Notes: generated from the letters alone by a model not told the origin. Counted from the stretch's first letter, positions 37,518-49,992 are shown. The stretch: DNA of 64,000 nucleotides from Sphyrna mokarran (GCA_024679065.1 JAGIQG010000029.1:19158001-19222000), one strand, 5' to 3'. Translations and numbers: made by a program.

Positions 37518-37742
37518 TTACACAGATGCCGGCGTTGGATTGGGGTGGTAAGAACTCAGTAAGAATTTAGCAACACCAATTTATAATCCAACCGATTTAT
37601 TTGATAGTAAAAAAGCGAGCTTTCAACACTCTGTGTCTTCCTCAGGCATTTGCCTGAGGAAGACACAGAGTGTTGAAAGCTCGCTTTTTTACTATCAAAT
37701 AAATCGGTTGGATTATAAATTGGTGTTGCTAAACTCTTACTG
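37518..37742 (-). mobile_element. PLE-derived near-perfect hairpin insertion
   Basis: Arms 37557-37648 and 37651-37742 (92 bp, one mismatch, 2-nt spacer); terminus agatgccggcgttggattgggg; duplicated target tgtgtttctgg (37507-37517 / 37741-37751). Confidence 0.88.
37651..37686 (+). ncRNA. minimal type I hammerhead ribozyme motif (exact mirror on the minus strand at 37613-37648)
   Basis: GC-CUGAGGA-A-[GACAC aga GUGUU]-GAAA-GCUC-GC; predicted cleavage after 37682; only 2 bp of stem I remain. Confidence 0.65.
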
Positions 37743-39364
37743 TGTTTCTGGAGCCATAGCAATGTGGTTGAGTCTTAACCATCCTCAGGCAACTCGGGAT
37801 GGGCAATAAATGCTGGCTAGCCAGACATCCATTTCCCCCAAATGAATTTGTTAAAATGGTTCTGAACGGTCTTGCCTCATCCGAGAGTGCCCTCCCACTC
37901 ACCCCTTGACTTTTCAATACAATATCAACCCCCTTGCTTTTAATTTCCGACTCCACCATATCCCCCAACTCCAACACCAACCCTTCCACCATCCCTCCTC
38001 CCCCCACCTGAGCCAAACTTTCTTCTGCTCCTGCTAAAGTTGAATTTACCCTCCCCTCCACAAGAATCCAAATTTGCAACAGTAACATCCTTCTAAGGAA
38101 CACAAGTCAAATAACAAGTGAAGATTATTTCACCTCAAAATAAGAATAACAATCTTACTTAACAACCTGTCATGCCATTATGCATGAAAAATATTGAATA
38201 TGATGGAATAGGACATGGTTTCCTCTTATTGAGATATATTTTCAGTAATTTAACAGAGATCTGTTGATACTATATTTCATTTAATAGAATGAATATTATC
38301 ACAACGTGGAAGATAAGTAGGGGAGATGCCTCGTGATAATGGCATCATCTTTAAGTGAGAGAGAACATGCGAATTTCATGCTTTTCACAAACAAGTTGGC
38401 TCGCTATAAAAAGCACACAACTATCCTTAAATCAGTGTCATCAAAAATGGCATAAGGCTGAGGGATACAAAAGGGAAGAAAGCAATGTTTATCCTTTGTG
38501 TGCTTTTATTGCAATTCATCTTTCCTAGAATATTGCAGTCTCTTTTTCAGGAAAGAAAGATTCTAGTTAATCAATCAAACCAACTCAATCCAGGGAGTGA
38601 TACATGACAATTCATTTAGCAGCATAACAGAATAAGATGAGTAGACATAAATTACTTTCCCCCATTGATTAGAGTTTTGCTTAAAGCATTTTTTTAAATG
38701 AAGATAACATACAACATATGAAATAATTAGGTGCCTCTACTAATCCAAAAGTTATCGGGATATGACCAGATCAAAAATATTGAATCCTATGAATTATATC
38801 TAATGAATGAAGAGTCACATGCAAATTTGACATTTTGATTGTAACATATTTATCAGGAATCATTGAAATAGATTAATGTCCTTCAATGGCTTGAAAGTTG
38901 AAATTTTTATTTTATACATGAGACCTCAATTATTTTAACTTCTTGTTCAGAACATAATTTACTAATTCACAAAAATAGACTTTTGCATGATCATTCAGAC
39001 TTAAGTAGATCAAATTTTGAATTTTAGCTTTTCATTTTTATCCTCTTTTAACTTCATAAAAGCCAGTGTTAAAATTTGAACATCTTAGCCTATAAATCAT
39101 TAAAAGCAATATTAATGGGTGATGCTTAAACATGTTCATGTGTCATTGCTCTGCTTATTAATTAACTGTAGTATCACCAATTTAAAAATAGGTTTAAAAA
39201 GCAAGTTAAATGGAAATGGCAAAGGACTGTTGAGATAAATATGTTAACACAGAAGGCCCAATTTTACCATCAAGTTGTGCCCGTTTTCGGGTGTGAAAAC
39301 TTGGTAAAGTCAGGTGTGAGGCAAGTAGCGCAATCCACACCAGACTCTGTGTCTGTTCTCCCTT

Positions 39365-39483
39365 GTAACACCAGTTTTAAATCCAACCAATTTATTTGAT
39401 CAAATAAATCGGTTGGATTTAAAACTGGTGTTGTCAGACTTCTTACTATGTTTACCCCAGTCCAACGCCGGCATCTCTACATC
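39365..39483 (+). mobile_element. minimal PLE fold-back insertion (no hammerhead)
   Basis: Spacerless 66-bp palindrome 39367-39432 (one mismatch) plus terminus ccccagtccaacgccggcatctctacatc; 13-bp TSD tctgttctccctt / tctgttttccctt. Confidence 0.82.
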
Positions 39484-39609
39484 TGTTTTCCCTTTACCAA
39501 GGGCCAAAAATGGCCACGAGCGGGACCACATCCAAAACAGAATTCATTTGCATGCATTTAAATTGACTTAATGGGTTGCATGCCTGAACATAACAGCACA
39601 ATTTGGGAA

Positions 39610-39812
39610 CGGTCCTCCAAACCACACATCATTCTGACTTGGAAATATATCCTTTACTGTCACTGGATCATAATGCTGGGACTCCCTCCCTAACTGCACT
39701 GTTGGTGTACTTACACCACTTGCACTCCAGTGATTCAAGAAGGCAGTAGGGGAAGGGTAATAAATGCTGACCTAGACAGCAGCATTCTCGTCCCATGAAT
39801 GAATAAAAAAAA
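39610..39812 (+). mobile_element. family-B LINE 3' end
   Basis: ctgacttggaaatatatc...ctccctccctaac.gcactgt...taataaatgctg...cccatgaatgaataaaaaaa. Confidence 0.75.
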
Positions 39813-42089
39813 TTAGATACAGCACCACACCTTCAAATACGTAACAAGCTCCCAGTTTCACATCCATGTCTCATCACCTCCACATAGTTCCACTTATTAA
39901 GCGATGGCAAGTATATCACCCAAACACAGTGCAACACCATCACTAACATCCTTTTCTTTCTCCTGCAGGCCAAGATCATATACAAAAGAGAGCAGAACCA
40001 GTACAAGACACGGATATTTGCATATGTTAATCCATTGAAAAAGCAACTCTCTAAATCATGGGGCTGGCTGTAATAGACTCTGTGGCACTCAGTGTTGCAG
40101 AGAGTATTAAGGTTGAAAGCACGTTCCTTCCTTATATACCTCACCTCCCAGCACACCCTCATCCTGCTTTCCAGCTTGATGACCAAACTCCAGATAGTGT
40201 GACCCTAAACCTTCTGCTTTCCAGCCCCACTTCTGCCCCTCACACTGACTTTCCTCACAACATTTTTGTTTTCGCACAATCATGAACTGCCACTAGAAGC
40301 CCCAGGAGTAGAGAGAGCGACAGCACAGCACTGAGGAGGAGGCCCCATTACTTGATCTGATACAATGTGGACAACAACTCAGAGACTGGCATTACACAGA
40401 GCTTGGAGACAAGTGGAGAGTTGGGATGTGCATGTGGTGAGTTACAGGACATGTGTACTGGAGCTGGGCCAAGGGAAAAGAATGGTTTGTCAATTCATTG
40501 GAGTGCGCTTTAACAGCTTTGGCTGATCTGTCAGACAGCTTCCTGCCAAGGAGCATGAGAAATTCCAGCTTGAACTTGGTACAGGGTATTGTGCAGAGCC
40601 TGCCCTCTGTGCAGCCTCTGTGCTCGTTCTGTCTTTAAATAATGCTGGTGGCAGGGCCTTGCTTGCAGCCGACTAATTGAAATTTAGATAAACTTGTTGA
40701 ATTGGTTTGTCTCATTAAAATTCAGGGAACTGGCATCACATCATCTGGTAGGGCAGTGTGACATTAGGACAGCACCAGTTCACCTGCTTCCAGCACAATC
40801 AGAGGACATCTGTGTGAGCACACTTCTCCTGAGCGTGCAATATGTGAACCATATCAGAAGCAGCTGGCAGTACAGTGGACACCCAAAGTGGGCAATTGGC
40901 TTCCACAGCACTGCTAGAGAAGATGTTATAGATAAGAATTTCACACCCATGAGCTAAGAGCACATTTCAGATTCTTACTAGAGTAACTAGTGGTGCTAAC
41001 CATCAGCCAAATTCAAATTCATTTCCCAAGACGTGTGCGGCCAACAGTGCTACACCAAACTGGAAAGGGATATTGCATTGTTAATGATTTGTCCTAGCAT
41101 TCCATTAATCATATCCCACCAATCCTGAGAATTCAAACCCAGAGTAAGAAGGAACAACTACAATTGGGTTAATATAGAAATTGTCTAAAACTGTAATGCC
41201 ATTTCTTAATTTTGCCTATTGTTCTCAGGCATGTGGTTGCTGATAATATCCATCTCTATCTCTCTGCCACTCTCTTCAGCTCATGTACAACACCATGCTT
41301 TTTGCTTGCCCAACATCAAGCTATGAGCAAGGGCACATGTGAATACTTTAATGTGTATTCATTTTTGAAGGTGGAAAGATTAGCCTTGGGCACATATGGG
41401 ATTGAAAAACAACAAGACTAGTCACACAGAGAGCAAATTACATTCAATGTTGAAGTAGACAACTGCAAAGAAAGATAACAACTATAGCTGACAGGGAAAT
41501 AAGAAACAAATACGTGAATGTAATAACAAATGGAAAAAGGTTAAAACCAATGTTTTTTAGAAAAAAAATCTAATTTACTCCTGAATCAATATTTAGAATT
41601 TTTAAAAAATTAATTACAAAGAAAAAATTAGCCTTAAAATGTTTTACATTTAGGTTTTTGGAAATTAAAAAGGAAGATTGGTTCTTCTGGTGAAGTATTG
41701 TCATTGTTCATTTTCCTCCTATGAGCATTTGGAAATTTGACTTGGAGCATACTGAATAATCCAGACTATCCATTAGGAATAGCAGTGTGGCTGAAAGATG
41801 GGAAATCTTTTCATGCCTCAAGGCAAATATTAGCGGCTTGTTTATCTCTCTTCATTCTCCACTAACCTCTCTCTCTGTCCTGCACTATTATTTCTGAACT
41901 TTCCTTGTCACGATACCATTCCATAACTGTAATTTCCAACAACTGTGTCCTTTTCATATGCTTTTCTTTTCCATTATTCTAAACTCTCAAGGGATTAGCT
42001 CAAATTCCTAAATTGTCCCAATTATATATGTATGTGGGATATTATAGCTTCACTATCCTCCTTTTTACAGCTCTATCAACTTACAAACC

Positions 42090-42270
42090 TACGAAATAAG
42101 AGCAGGAATGGGTCACTTGGCTCTTTGAACTTACTCTGCCATTCAATAACTTCATATCTGATCTGATTGTAACTTCACACCTATTCCCAGTATTCTTTCA
42201 CCTCCTTGTCTATCACTGCTCTGTCTACCTCTATCTTGAAAATATTCAAAGACATTGCTTCCACTACCTG
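42090..42270 (-). mobile_element. old CR1 3' end, target of the young CR1
   Basis: gaaatagagcaggaatgggtcacttggctctttgaacttactctgccattcaataa, similar to 63610-63680. Confidence 0.6.
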
Positions 42271-42275
42271 TGTAC

Positions 42276-43499
42276 TTTTTTGAGAAAGTGACCAGAGAGG
42301 TGGATGGGGGTAAGGCGGTTGATGTAGTATATATGGACTTTAGTAAGGCGTTTGATAAGGTGGCCCATGGAAGACTTCTACAGAAAATGCAGATGTGTGG
42401 AATAGAGGGTGATTTAGCTAATTGGATTAGGAATTGGCTGGCAGATAGAAGACAGAGGGTGGTGGTTGATGGGAGATATTCATCGTGGAGTTCGGTGACG
42501 AGTGGTGTGCCTCAGGGGTCTGTTTTGGGGCCCCTGCTGTTTGTAATTTTTATAAATGATCTGGATGAGGGTATTGAGGGATGGATCAGTAAATTTGCAG
42601 ATGATACTAAAGTTGGTGGTGTGGTAGATAGTGAAGAGGGGTGTTTTAGTTTACAGAGTGACTTGGACAAGTTGCAGAGCTGGGCCGAGAGGTGGCAAAT
42701 GGAGTTTAATGTGGAAAAGTGTGAGGTAATGCACTTTGGCAGGAACAATAAATGTGTAGAGTATAGGGCTAATGGTAGGGCTCTTAATAGTGTTGAGGAA
42801 CAGAAGGATCTTGGTGTATGTGTCAATAGATCCCTGAAAGTAGGCAGTCAAGTGGATAAAGTTGTTAAGAAGGCATATGGAGTCTTAGCTTTTATTGGTA
42901 GGGGGATTGAATTTAGGAGCCGCAGCATCATGTTGCAACTGTACAAAACTCTAGTGCGGCCGCACTTGGGAGTATTGTGTGCAGTTCTGGTCCCCACATT
43001 ATAAGAAAGATGTGGAGGCATTGGAGAGGGTACAGAGGAGGTTTACCAGGATGTTGCTGGTATGGAGGGCAGGTCTTATGAAGAGAGGCTGAGGGATTTG
43101 AGGTTGTTTTCGTTAGAAAGGAGGCGGCTAAGAGGGGATCTTATTGAAGCATATAAGATGATTAGAGGTTTAGATAGGGTGGACAGTGATAGCCTTTTTC
43201 CTAGGATGGAGAAAGCTAGCACGAGGGGACACAGCTTTAAATTAAGGGGTATGAGTTATAGGACGGATATCAGAGGTAGGTTCTTTACTCAAAGAGTGAT
43301 TAGGGAGTGGAATGCCCTGCCTGCAGCTGTTGTAGATGCGCCAAGTTTGGTGGCGTTTAAGAGGTTAGTTGATAAGTATATGGATGAGAAGGGAATGGTT
43401 TAGTTAGGAGGGGCATTGCTTTTTATTTTGGTCGGCACAACATCGAAGGCCGAAGGGCCTGTTCTGTGCTGTATTGTTCTATGTTCTATGTTCTATGTT
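42276..43499 (+). mobile_element. young CR1 LINE, 5'-truncated in RT
   Basis: ORFs 42255-43004 ([27 protein letters not shown]) and 43062-43403 joined by frameshifts; tail ttctatgttctatgttctatg. Confidence 0.96.
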
Positions 43500-44548
43500 G
43501 AGGAAGGGCGTTTCATATCTTTTGTATTATTCTTAACATTTCAACATTCCACCTCGTCTCAGCAATCAGACTAGCCGGCCCAATCACAATATTCAACATT
43601 ATTACCTTAGCCAATAACATTCTACCTGAAAATAGGAATAGAGCTTATTGCCCATGTAGTTCCTTTCCCTTTATCAAGGAAATCTAATTCACGTCATTAC
43701 CACTAACCAAGGCCGTTATTAACATCTGTGATTTATAACTGGTGAAAGGAGTCACTCTTTTGCTGGAACCTGGGCCTCCTTTATCAGCTTGAGGGACTAC
43801 TCCAGCCTTGCTTGAATTTGCTCTCTTAAATAGCAAGTCTACGATTAAATTGGCCTTTCACATATTCAAAAATAGAAAACAGAAGCTGCTTTTCTATGCT
43901 TCATTGTATTCAAGAAGTTGGCATGTCAACAACTGTGTTTCCCATCATGTTGCATTCAGGACAAAATTGGCCAAAGTGCATGAGGCAGGATTGAAAATAC
44001 AGTTTAAGTTTATAATACTTGGTTAATTTGTAGATATACAGTTATAATACCTTTACAATTTATAATACCTTTACATATATTGTTCCAGGCACATTGTGAA
44101 TTCTTACTATATATAAGGCACTTTATAATTACTTTAACCTAATCTACTTTTTATGGTAAAACTAAAAGAAGGGCCTCATACTAAAAATTCTATACCACTC
44201 CCGATCAAACACAAAATCATCCTTTCAGCTCTCAACTGGAAGTTCCAACTTAGTTTTGTTAAAAGTCAATAATTTCCATGGAGATCATACCACTATGGCT
44301 CTACGAACTTTAGCAGAAAAAAGAGAAAATAAATTGCCTGCTGATTCATTACTGCTGCTGGCATAGATTAAGCTCATCCCCGTTAATTCTAAATCAATTT
44401 TACATTTCACACCTGAATACATGTTGACTTTGCCTGCCTCTATCATGGATGTTCACTGTTCTTTTCTAGATTTCCTCGGATTAATAAAACAGGTAATGAT
44501 CCTGGGACTTAATCAAAAAAATTGTGACCTGTCCCTCAACTAAAGGTT

Positions 44549-44862
44549 AATCATAGAATCCTCACAGTGCAGAAGGCCATTTGGCCCATTGAGTCTGCAC
44601 TGAAAATAATCCCACTTAGGCCCTATCTATCCCTGTAATTCCACACATTTACCCTGTTAGCCCCTGACATTAAGGAACAATTTAGCATGGCCAATCAACT
44701 TAGCCAACATACCTTTGTAGTGTGGGAGGAAACTGGAGCACCCAAAGGAAGCCCACGCAGACCATGGGGAGAATATGCAAAGTCCACACAGACAGTCACT
44801 TAAGCCTGGAATGAAACCCTTGTCCCTGGAGCTGTGACGCAGCAGTGCTAATTACTGTGTCG
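44549..44862 (-). mobile_element. HE1-like V-SINE, CR1 tail
   Basis: aatcatagaatc..acagtgcagaagg tail, V core and head. Confidence 0.88.
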
Positions 44863-45840
44863 TTCTGTTGGCATTTTCATTACGAAATGTACTTGCTTCA
44901 TTAGATGTGGAAATCGTACTTCTCTCAACCAATTACAGTGATGTATATTACCCAAAATCAAAAACATATACTGTAATATACAGTGCTAGTTATTCTCTGC
45001 ATATAATAGTCCAGTGTTGATAAATTATGTCATGGAAGTTCTGATTGATTGGGGTCCAATATGCCATTTGGGCGACATAGAGATCTCATGACTGTGAGGC
45101 TTGAGTCTCATCTAATTACATCAGGTGAGCTGGAGGGGGTAAAGAGGCCTCAAGGCACAACTTAGCTGGTTCAACAAAGGAAAATAAACCACAATTGCCA
45201 CTAGAAAGATAAGTACATATTCTGGAAGCTGATCACAAAAAAACCCCAAAAAGTGCTTGAAGAATCATTCAGAATTCATCATGTTTGTCATTACCAAGTC
45301 ATCATAAAACCAGTAATTGGCGGCAAAGAAGAGATATACCATGAGATCCAATTATCCACAAATATTGGGACAATTTTCCATTAGTCTCAACAAAATTGAA
45401 AAAAAATTGCAACTTTGCTTTGAGCCACTATAGTGAAATTAATTGCCATTCATGAAGTTGCTGGTTTACAGAATTAATATTAATTAATCTTGCCAGAGCC
45501 ACTTCGGGCTGATAATTCATTTCGTAAGAACCCTGTTAATGTTGAGATTTATAGTCCTGTAGTGTCATTCAACCTTGGAAACCGTTAAAACTATGAAGTT
45601 TAACTCTAGCAGTCAGTGATTTTTTTAAAAATATGTATTTTTTCTGCCGCGTAGTATTTTTGTGCCAATCTTGTCATCCTGTAAACTTTGGAATTCTCAC
45701 AGTGCGAAACTAGTTTAACTCTAGGAAATGGAAACTTCCTTTGAGAAAATAACTTTGAAATACAAATAATTTGAGAAATGATAAATGCTCGTGTGCAGGG
45801 AAATTGATCATTTAGAACTTATTTTAGATCAGAACCAGTT

Positions 45841-46158
45841 AGAATAGAATCATAGAATCACTACAGTGCAGAGGGAGACTTTTTGCCCATTGATCTGCAC
45901 TGATCAAAATCCCACCGGGCCCTATCCCCATAACCTCACCTATTTACCCTAGCTAGTCCCCTTGACACTAAGGGACAATGGCCAATCAACTTAACCTGCA
46001 CATCTTTGGATTGTGGGAGGAAACCAGAGCACCTGGAGGAAACCTACGCAGACATGGGGAGAATGTGCAAACTCCACACAGTTGCCTGAGGCTAGAATTG
46101 AACCCAAGTCCCAGGTATTGTGAGGCAGCAGTGCTAACCATTGTGCCATCATGTCATC
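45841..46158 (-). mobile_element. HE1-like V-SINE, CR1 tail
   Basis: Same tail, core and head as 44549-44862. Confidence 0.88.
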
Positions 46159-46224
46159 CAGCTTACCAGACTGATTTCCGAGATGGCAGGATTGACATAG
46201 GAGAAGAAATTGAGTTGGTTAGGA

Positions 46225-46630
46225 TTGTATTAACTGGAGTTCAAAAGAATGATGGTGTCAGAATCCCACAGAATTTGAACAGGACTCCATAGGGTGGATG
46301 CAAGAAGGATGTTCTTGATGGTGGAGGTGCCCAGGACCAGTGGTCACAGTCTGAGGATACAGGGTAGATGATTTAAGACATGGATGACAAGAAATTTATT
46401 CACTCAAAGAATGGTCAGCCTATTGAATTAGCTACCACAGACAGTAGCTGAGGCCAAAATATTGAATGTTTTCAAGAAGCAATTAGATATAGCACTTAGA
46501 TATAGGGGTTAATAAGATACTGTGGGAAGGCAGGATCAGGCCAATGTGTTGGATTATCAACAATGATCATAGTGAATTAGCAGAGCAAACTTGAATGGCT
46601 GAATGGCCTACCTCTGCTCCTATGTTTCTA
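46225..46630 (+). mobile_element. old CR1 3' fragment
   Basis: TSGHSLRIQG, RNLFTQR and VFKKQLD; 3' stem gctgaatggcctacctctgctcctatgtttcta. Confidence 0.8.
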
Positions 46631-47519
46631 GAGTTCCCAAAGATCTCTTTCATTGGGACTTCCACATGGGTGTGTTTTACACTAATTGATAGCTTAATAC
46701 ACAACATTACTATGATTGTATCAAATAAATATCACAACAGTAGAAGGCAAACTAGATGGGTTTTGATCTTTTTCTCATCGAACAATTTCTACGTCCTAAT
46801 GAAAGTAATAGAATGATGCACTAATAATGAAGGATTTGGATAGTAGGCAAGATTTTCTGGCTGTTCATGTGGACAAAATTTTCTGGTCCTGCTACTGGCC
46901 AATGGTGGGCCACCTCTCACCTCCGCAAAACAAGCAGGCTAGAGAATCCTACCCATAATTTCTAGACTCCATGATCAAGAAATTTTCGACATTCTGCACA
47001 GCTGCTTTGTCATTCAGCCATTAACTTCTCAAGGACAATGTTACAAGGCTGTGCCCCTTTTATTTCTGAAAGCATCATTTTTTGATTTTCAACTGGCTGG
47101 AAATTTGGCAAATAGAAGTGAGGCAGAGTAAACTGCTAAACAAAGTCACCTTGGTGGCTTTCCAAGGTGAAGGTGAGTAACAAACAAATCACTTTCAAGA
47201 GATTATGAAGACAGAGACATTTCCTACGCTGATTGAAACTAATATCTGTCTAAGGAAGAGACATTGAAAATGCAAAGTATTACGTACTGAAACAATGGCT
47301 GCAGCAGACAAGTCCACCCAAAACTACTTTGAAATACAAAATGAGTGAAGTGTTTTAAAACATGACTTATAGCCACTAGAGAGTTTGCAAGTGACACAGG
47401 TGGTGTCAATAAAATCTTCAGCAAGAAAAATGAACTGAGGGCTGCTCTCTCACCCTTTCTCTCTTTTGGTATAAGTGTGTCTGCTGGATTAAACTCTATA
47501 AGAAACCTACCAGCAAACT

Positions 47520-47832
47520 GGTGGCACGTTGATACAGTGGTTACTCCCTCACAGTGCCAGGGACCCAGGTTCAATTCTGGCCTTGGGTCATTGTGTGGAG
47601 TTTGCATATTTTCCCCGTGTCTGCGTAGGTTTTCTTTGGGTGCTCCAGTTTCCTCCCACAGTCCAAAGATTGTGCAGGTTTAGTGGATTGGCCATGCTAA
47701 TTTGTCCCTGAGTGTCAGGGGGATTCAGAAGGTAAATATGTGGTGTTACATGGATGGGATCTTGGTCGGATTGTAGTCGATGCAGAGTTGATGGGCCAAA
47801 TGGCCTCCTTCTGCACTGTATGATTCTATGAT
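47520..47832 (+). mobile_element. HE1-like V-SINE, CR1 tail
   Basis: Complete head, core and tail ending tgattctatgat; aactg on both flanks. Confidence 0.9.
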
Positions 47833-49019
47833 CTAACTGAGATCTCATAATAATTGCAAGTTCTTCTACAACCGAGCATATCAAAAAAAAGTTAACAAAA
47901 TCAGCCACAAGGACAATCAAAGGACACTTAATCACATATTATTTTAATTTTTTGTCTGACCATGGCATGTGTGCGTATGTGTGTGTCCAAACGAGGGTTG
48001 ACTGTTTCAGGTTGCAATTTATTATTGTTTTCAGCTTCAGTAATTAATAAGTTTGCTCTTTTTTTGAATTAAGTAAACCTTATTTGATTGACTTTATATT
48101 GTGCACTGCTTAAATAATTAGATGCATTCTGATTTGGAAAAGGCATATCCTCTTTAAAAAGAAACTTAAACATTTGTTGTGTCCAGTCACGGAGGCTGAA
48201 TAGATGGGAGTGAGTTCACCTTTCCTCACCTGCTAAGAACAACCACAACTTGCAAACACAATTGGATTACAGTATCCTGTTCTCTTCTGGCTTACATTAT
48301 TCTTTTTCCTTTCTCTTCCCCACCCACATCCCCTCTCCTAACCTCCCACACATTCTCTTAACCTAAACTCTTTCTTCCCTTCTCTGTTTCTCTTTCTGTA
48401 TCTAACTTGTCTGCAGTGCACCTTATGTTCTTCTCCATCATTCATTTTGTTTCTTTATCTGGTCTTTTCTTTCATTGATTAAGAGAATAAACCATTAGGC
48501 ATGATAGTGACAATGTCCCAGATGTCATATTGAGATTGCTGTGCCATCATTAGTTCACATTTTCATCAATTTGTGCTGCAGATATGATGCAGATTGAAGG
48601 GTGAGGTAAAAAGTCCAATTACCGCTCACTCTAACTTGTGCCTTTCCAATGATTCCTTGTCCAACACTTTCAAACAAATAGATTAAACTTTGAAAAAGGT
48701 TACATCTGGAACTATTGCTGCACTTTTATCCTTGCTATGCCTTCATGATTATATTTAATCTATAAAAAGAGATCTAAATTTAAAAAAAGCAAATCTCTCC
48801 CTTGAGCACAACTCATTTATGTTTCCAATGCTATTACCTGATTTATTGCTGTGTGTGATTGCTCCTGGTACGAACAGTCAATTCTTGCCAAGTGAATAAT
48901 CTGTTTTCCAGAAAGAAGATGTTTGCAGATTCATTCCCAGTATTTATTCAAATGAAATTTGTATTGAACTGTAGTTGATTTAGGAGAATCACCGTCTCAT
49001 TTCTTCAGTAGGCAAAGGC

Positions 49020-49205
49020 ATTCTGTGTGGTGTAGCACTCAAGGAAATAGACCAGAAGGCCTTGTATTTGAGCTCTGCTGTGTGAACTAATATCACACAG
49101 GCAGCAGTTAAAATGCTGTAATTGGCCTCAGGGTAGAACAAAAATCAACCATGAATTGGGGTCCTTGACCCTTGCTGGAAAGTGCCCAGACAAGACTCAG
49201 TTTGA
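49020..49205 (+). mobile_element. ancient tRNA-derived SINE remnant (family uncertain)
   Basis: tagaccagaagg...ggcagcagt...aattggcctcag...aaaatcaacca...tgacccttgctggaaagtg resembles recalled ancient vertebrate SINE blocks. Confidence 0.4.
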
Positions 49206-49734
49206 CAAGGCTATTTATCAAGAGAGCTGCCGCCACCTATGGGAGTAAATCACAACAAAAATCAGAGCCTTCTAGAGGAGGTGAGAAAAGTGGAAAAAAA
49301 TATAAAGGGCTCACTGTCCTTTTTAAAACAATCATTCATTGGCATAAGTTTATCAAATTGAATGAAGGCTGATGATGTCCTACTTCAAGGAAGCAAAATC
49401 TGCTTTCATTAAAAACACTGAAGAAAGGAAAAGTGACAGGCTTTTCTTTTTAACTGAAAGGGTTCAGTGCAAGAAGAGATTTCTCCTGAAGTGCAAAGGT
49501 GACCTTGGGGTAAATGTATTTGAAAAGGTAAGTATAATGATTCCAGGAGTCAGCTGTAAAGGAACAGTGTTTTATTGCACAAAATAAAGTAAAATCACAA
49601 ACCTGGGGTGAACACAAACAGGCCCCAACTGGGACAATGCAATAAAGGTCTGACTCAGGGGCCTGCTTTATGCAGGGCTCAGTATACAAGCTCTACCTGA
49701 TGAGTTAATTCCAATCCCCAGGGAGTTTGTATTT

Positions 49735-49992
49735 AATAAATTAAAGTTTATTTATTAGTCACAAGTAAGGCTTATGACTTAACTGTGAAATTCCCCTAGT
49801 TGCCACGCTGTGACACCTGTTCGGGTCAATGCACTTAACCAGCATGTCTTTCAGACTGTGGGAGGAAACAGGAGCACTCAGAGGCACAGGCACAGGGGAG
49901 ATGTGCAAACTCCACACAGACAGTAATCCAAGTTGGGAATCAAACCCAGATTTTTGGTGCTGTGAGGCAGCAGAGTTAACCCTGTACTACCA
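49735..49992 (-). mobile_element. V-SINE, alternative tail
   Basis: aaagtttatttattagtcacaagtaaggctta...ctgtgaaattcccctag tail plus core. Confidence 0.85.

Larger units (their letters stand above)
37262..37852 (+). mobile_element. SINE-B, interrupted by a PLE hairpin
   Basis: A box tggcctagtga and B box ggtttgagtcc; tail ggcaactcgggatgggcaataaatgctggctagccag...aatgaatt. Confidence 0.82.
39255..41045 (+). mobile_element. decayed Harbinger-like element (Myb exon-2 remnant), hosting PLE and LINE fragments
   Basis: Terminus ggcccaattttacc; ctcctgcag|GCCAAGATCATATAC..AGAGAGCAG (AK...REQ) resembles the exon at 56200. Confidence 0.45.

Noticed and set aside
37557-37742. Hairpin as a miRNA precursor or DNA-transposon MITE
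   Set aside because: Asymmetric PLE terminus, long TSD and homology to the copy with a PLE ORF end favour retroelement fold-back.
38405-38510. 12-bp inverted repeat aaaagcacacaa / ttgtgtgctttt
   Set aside because: Too short and AT-rich to separate from chance.
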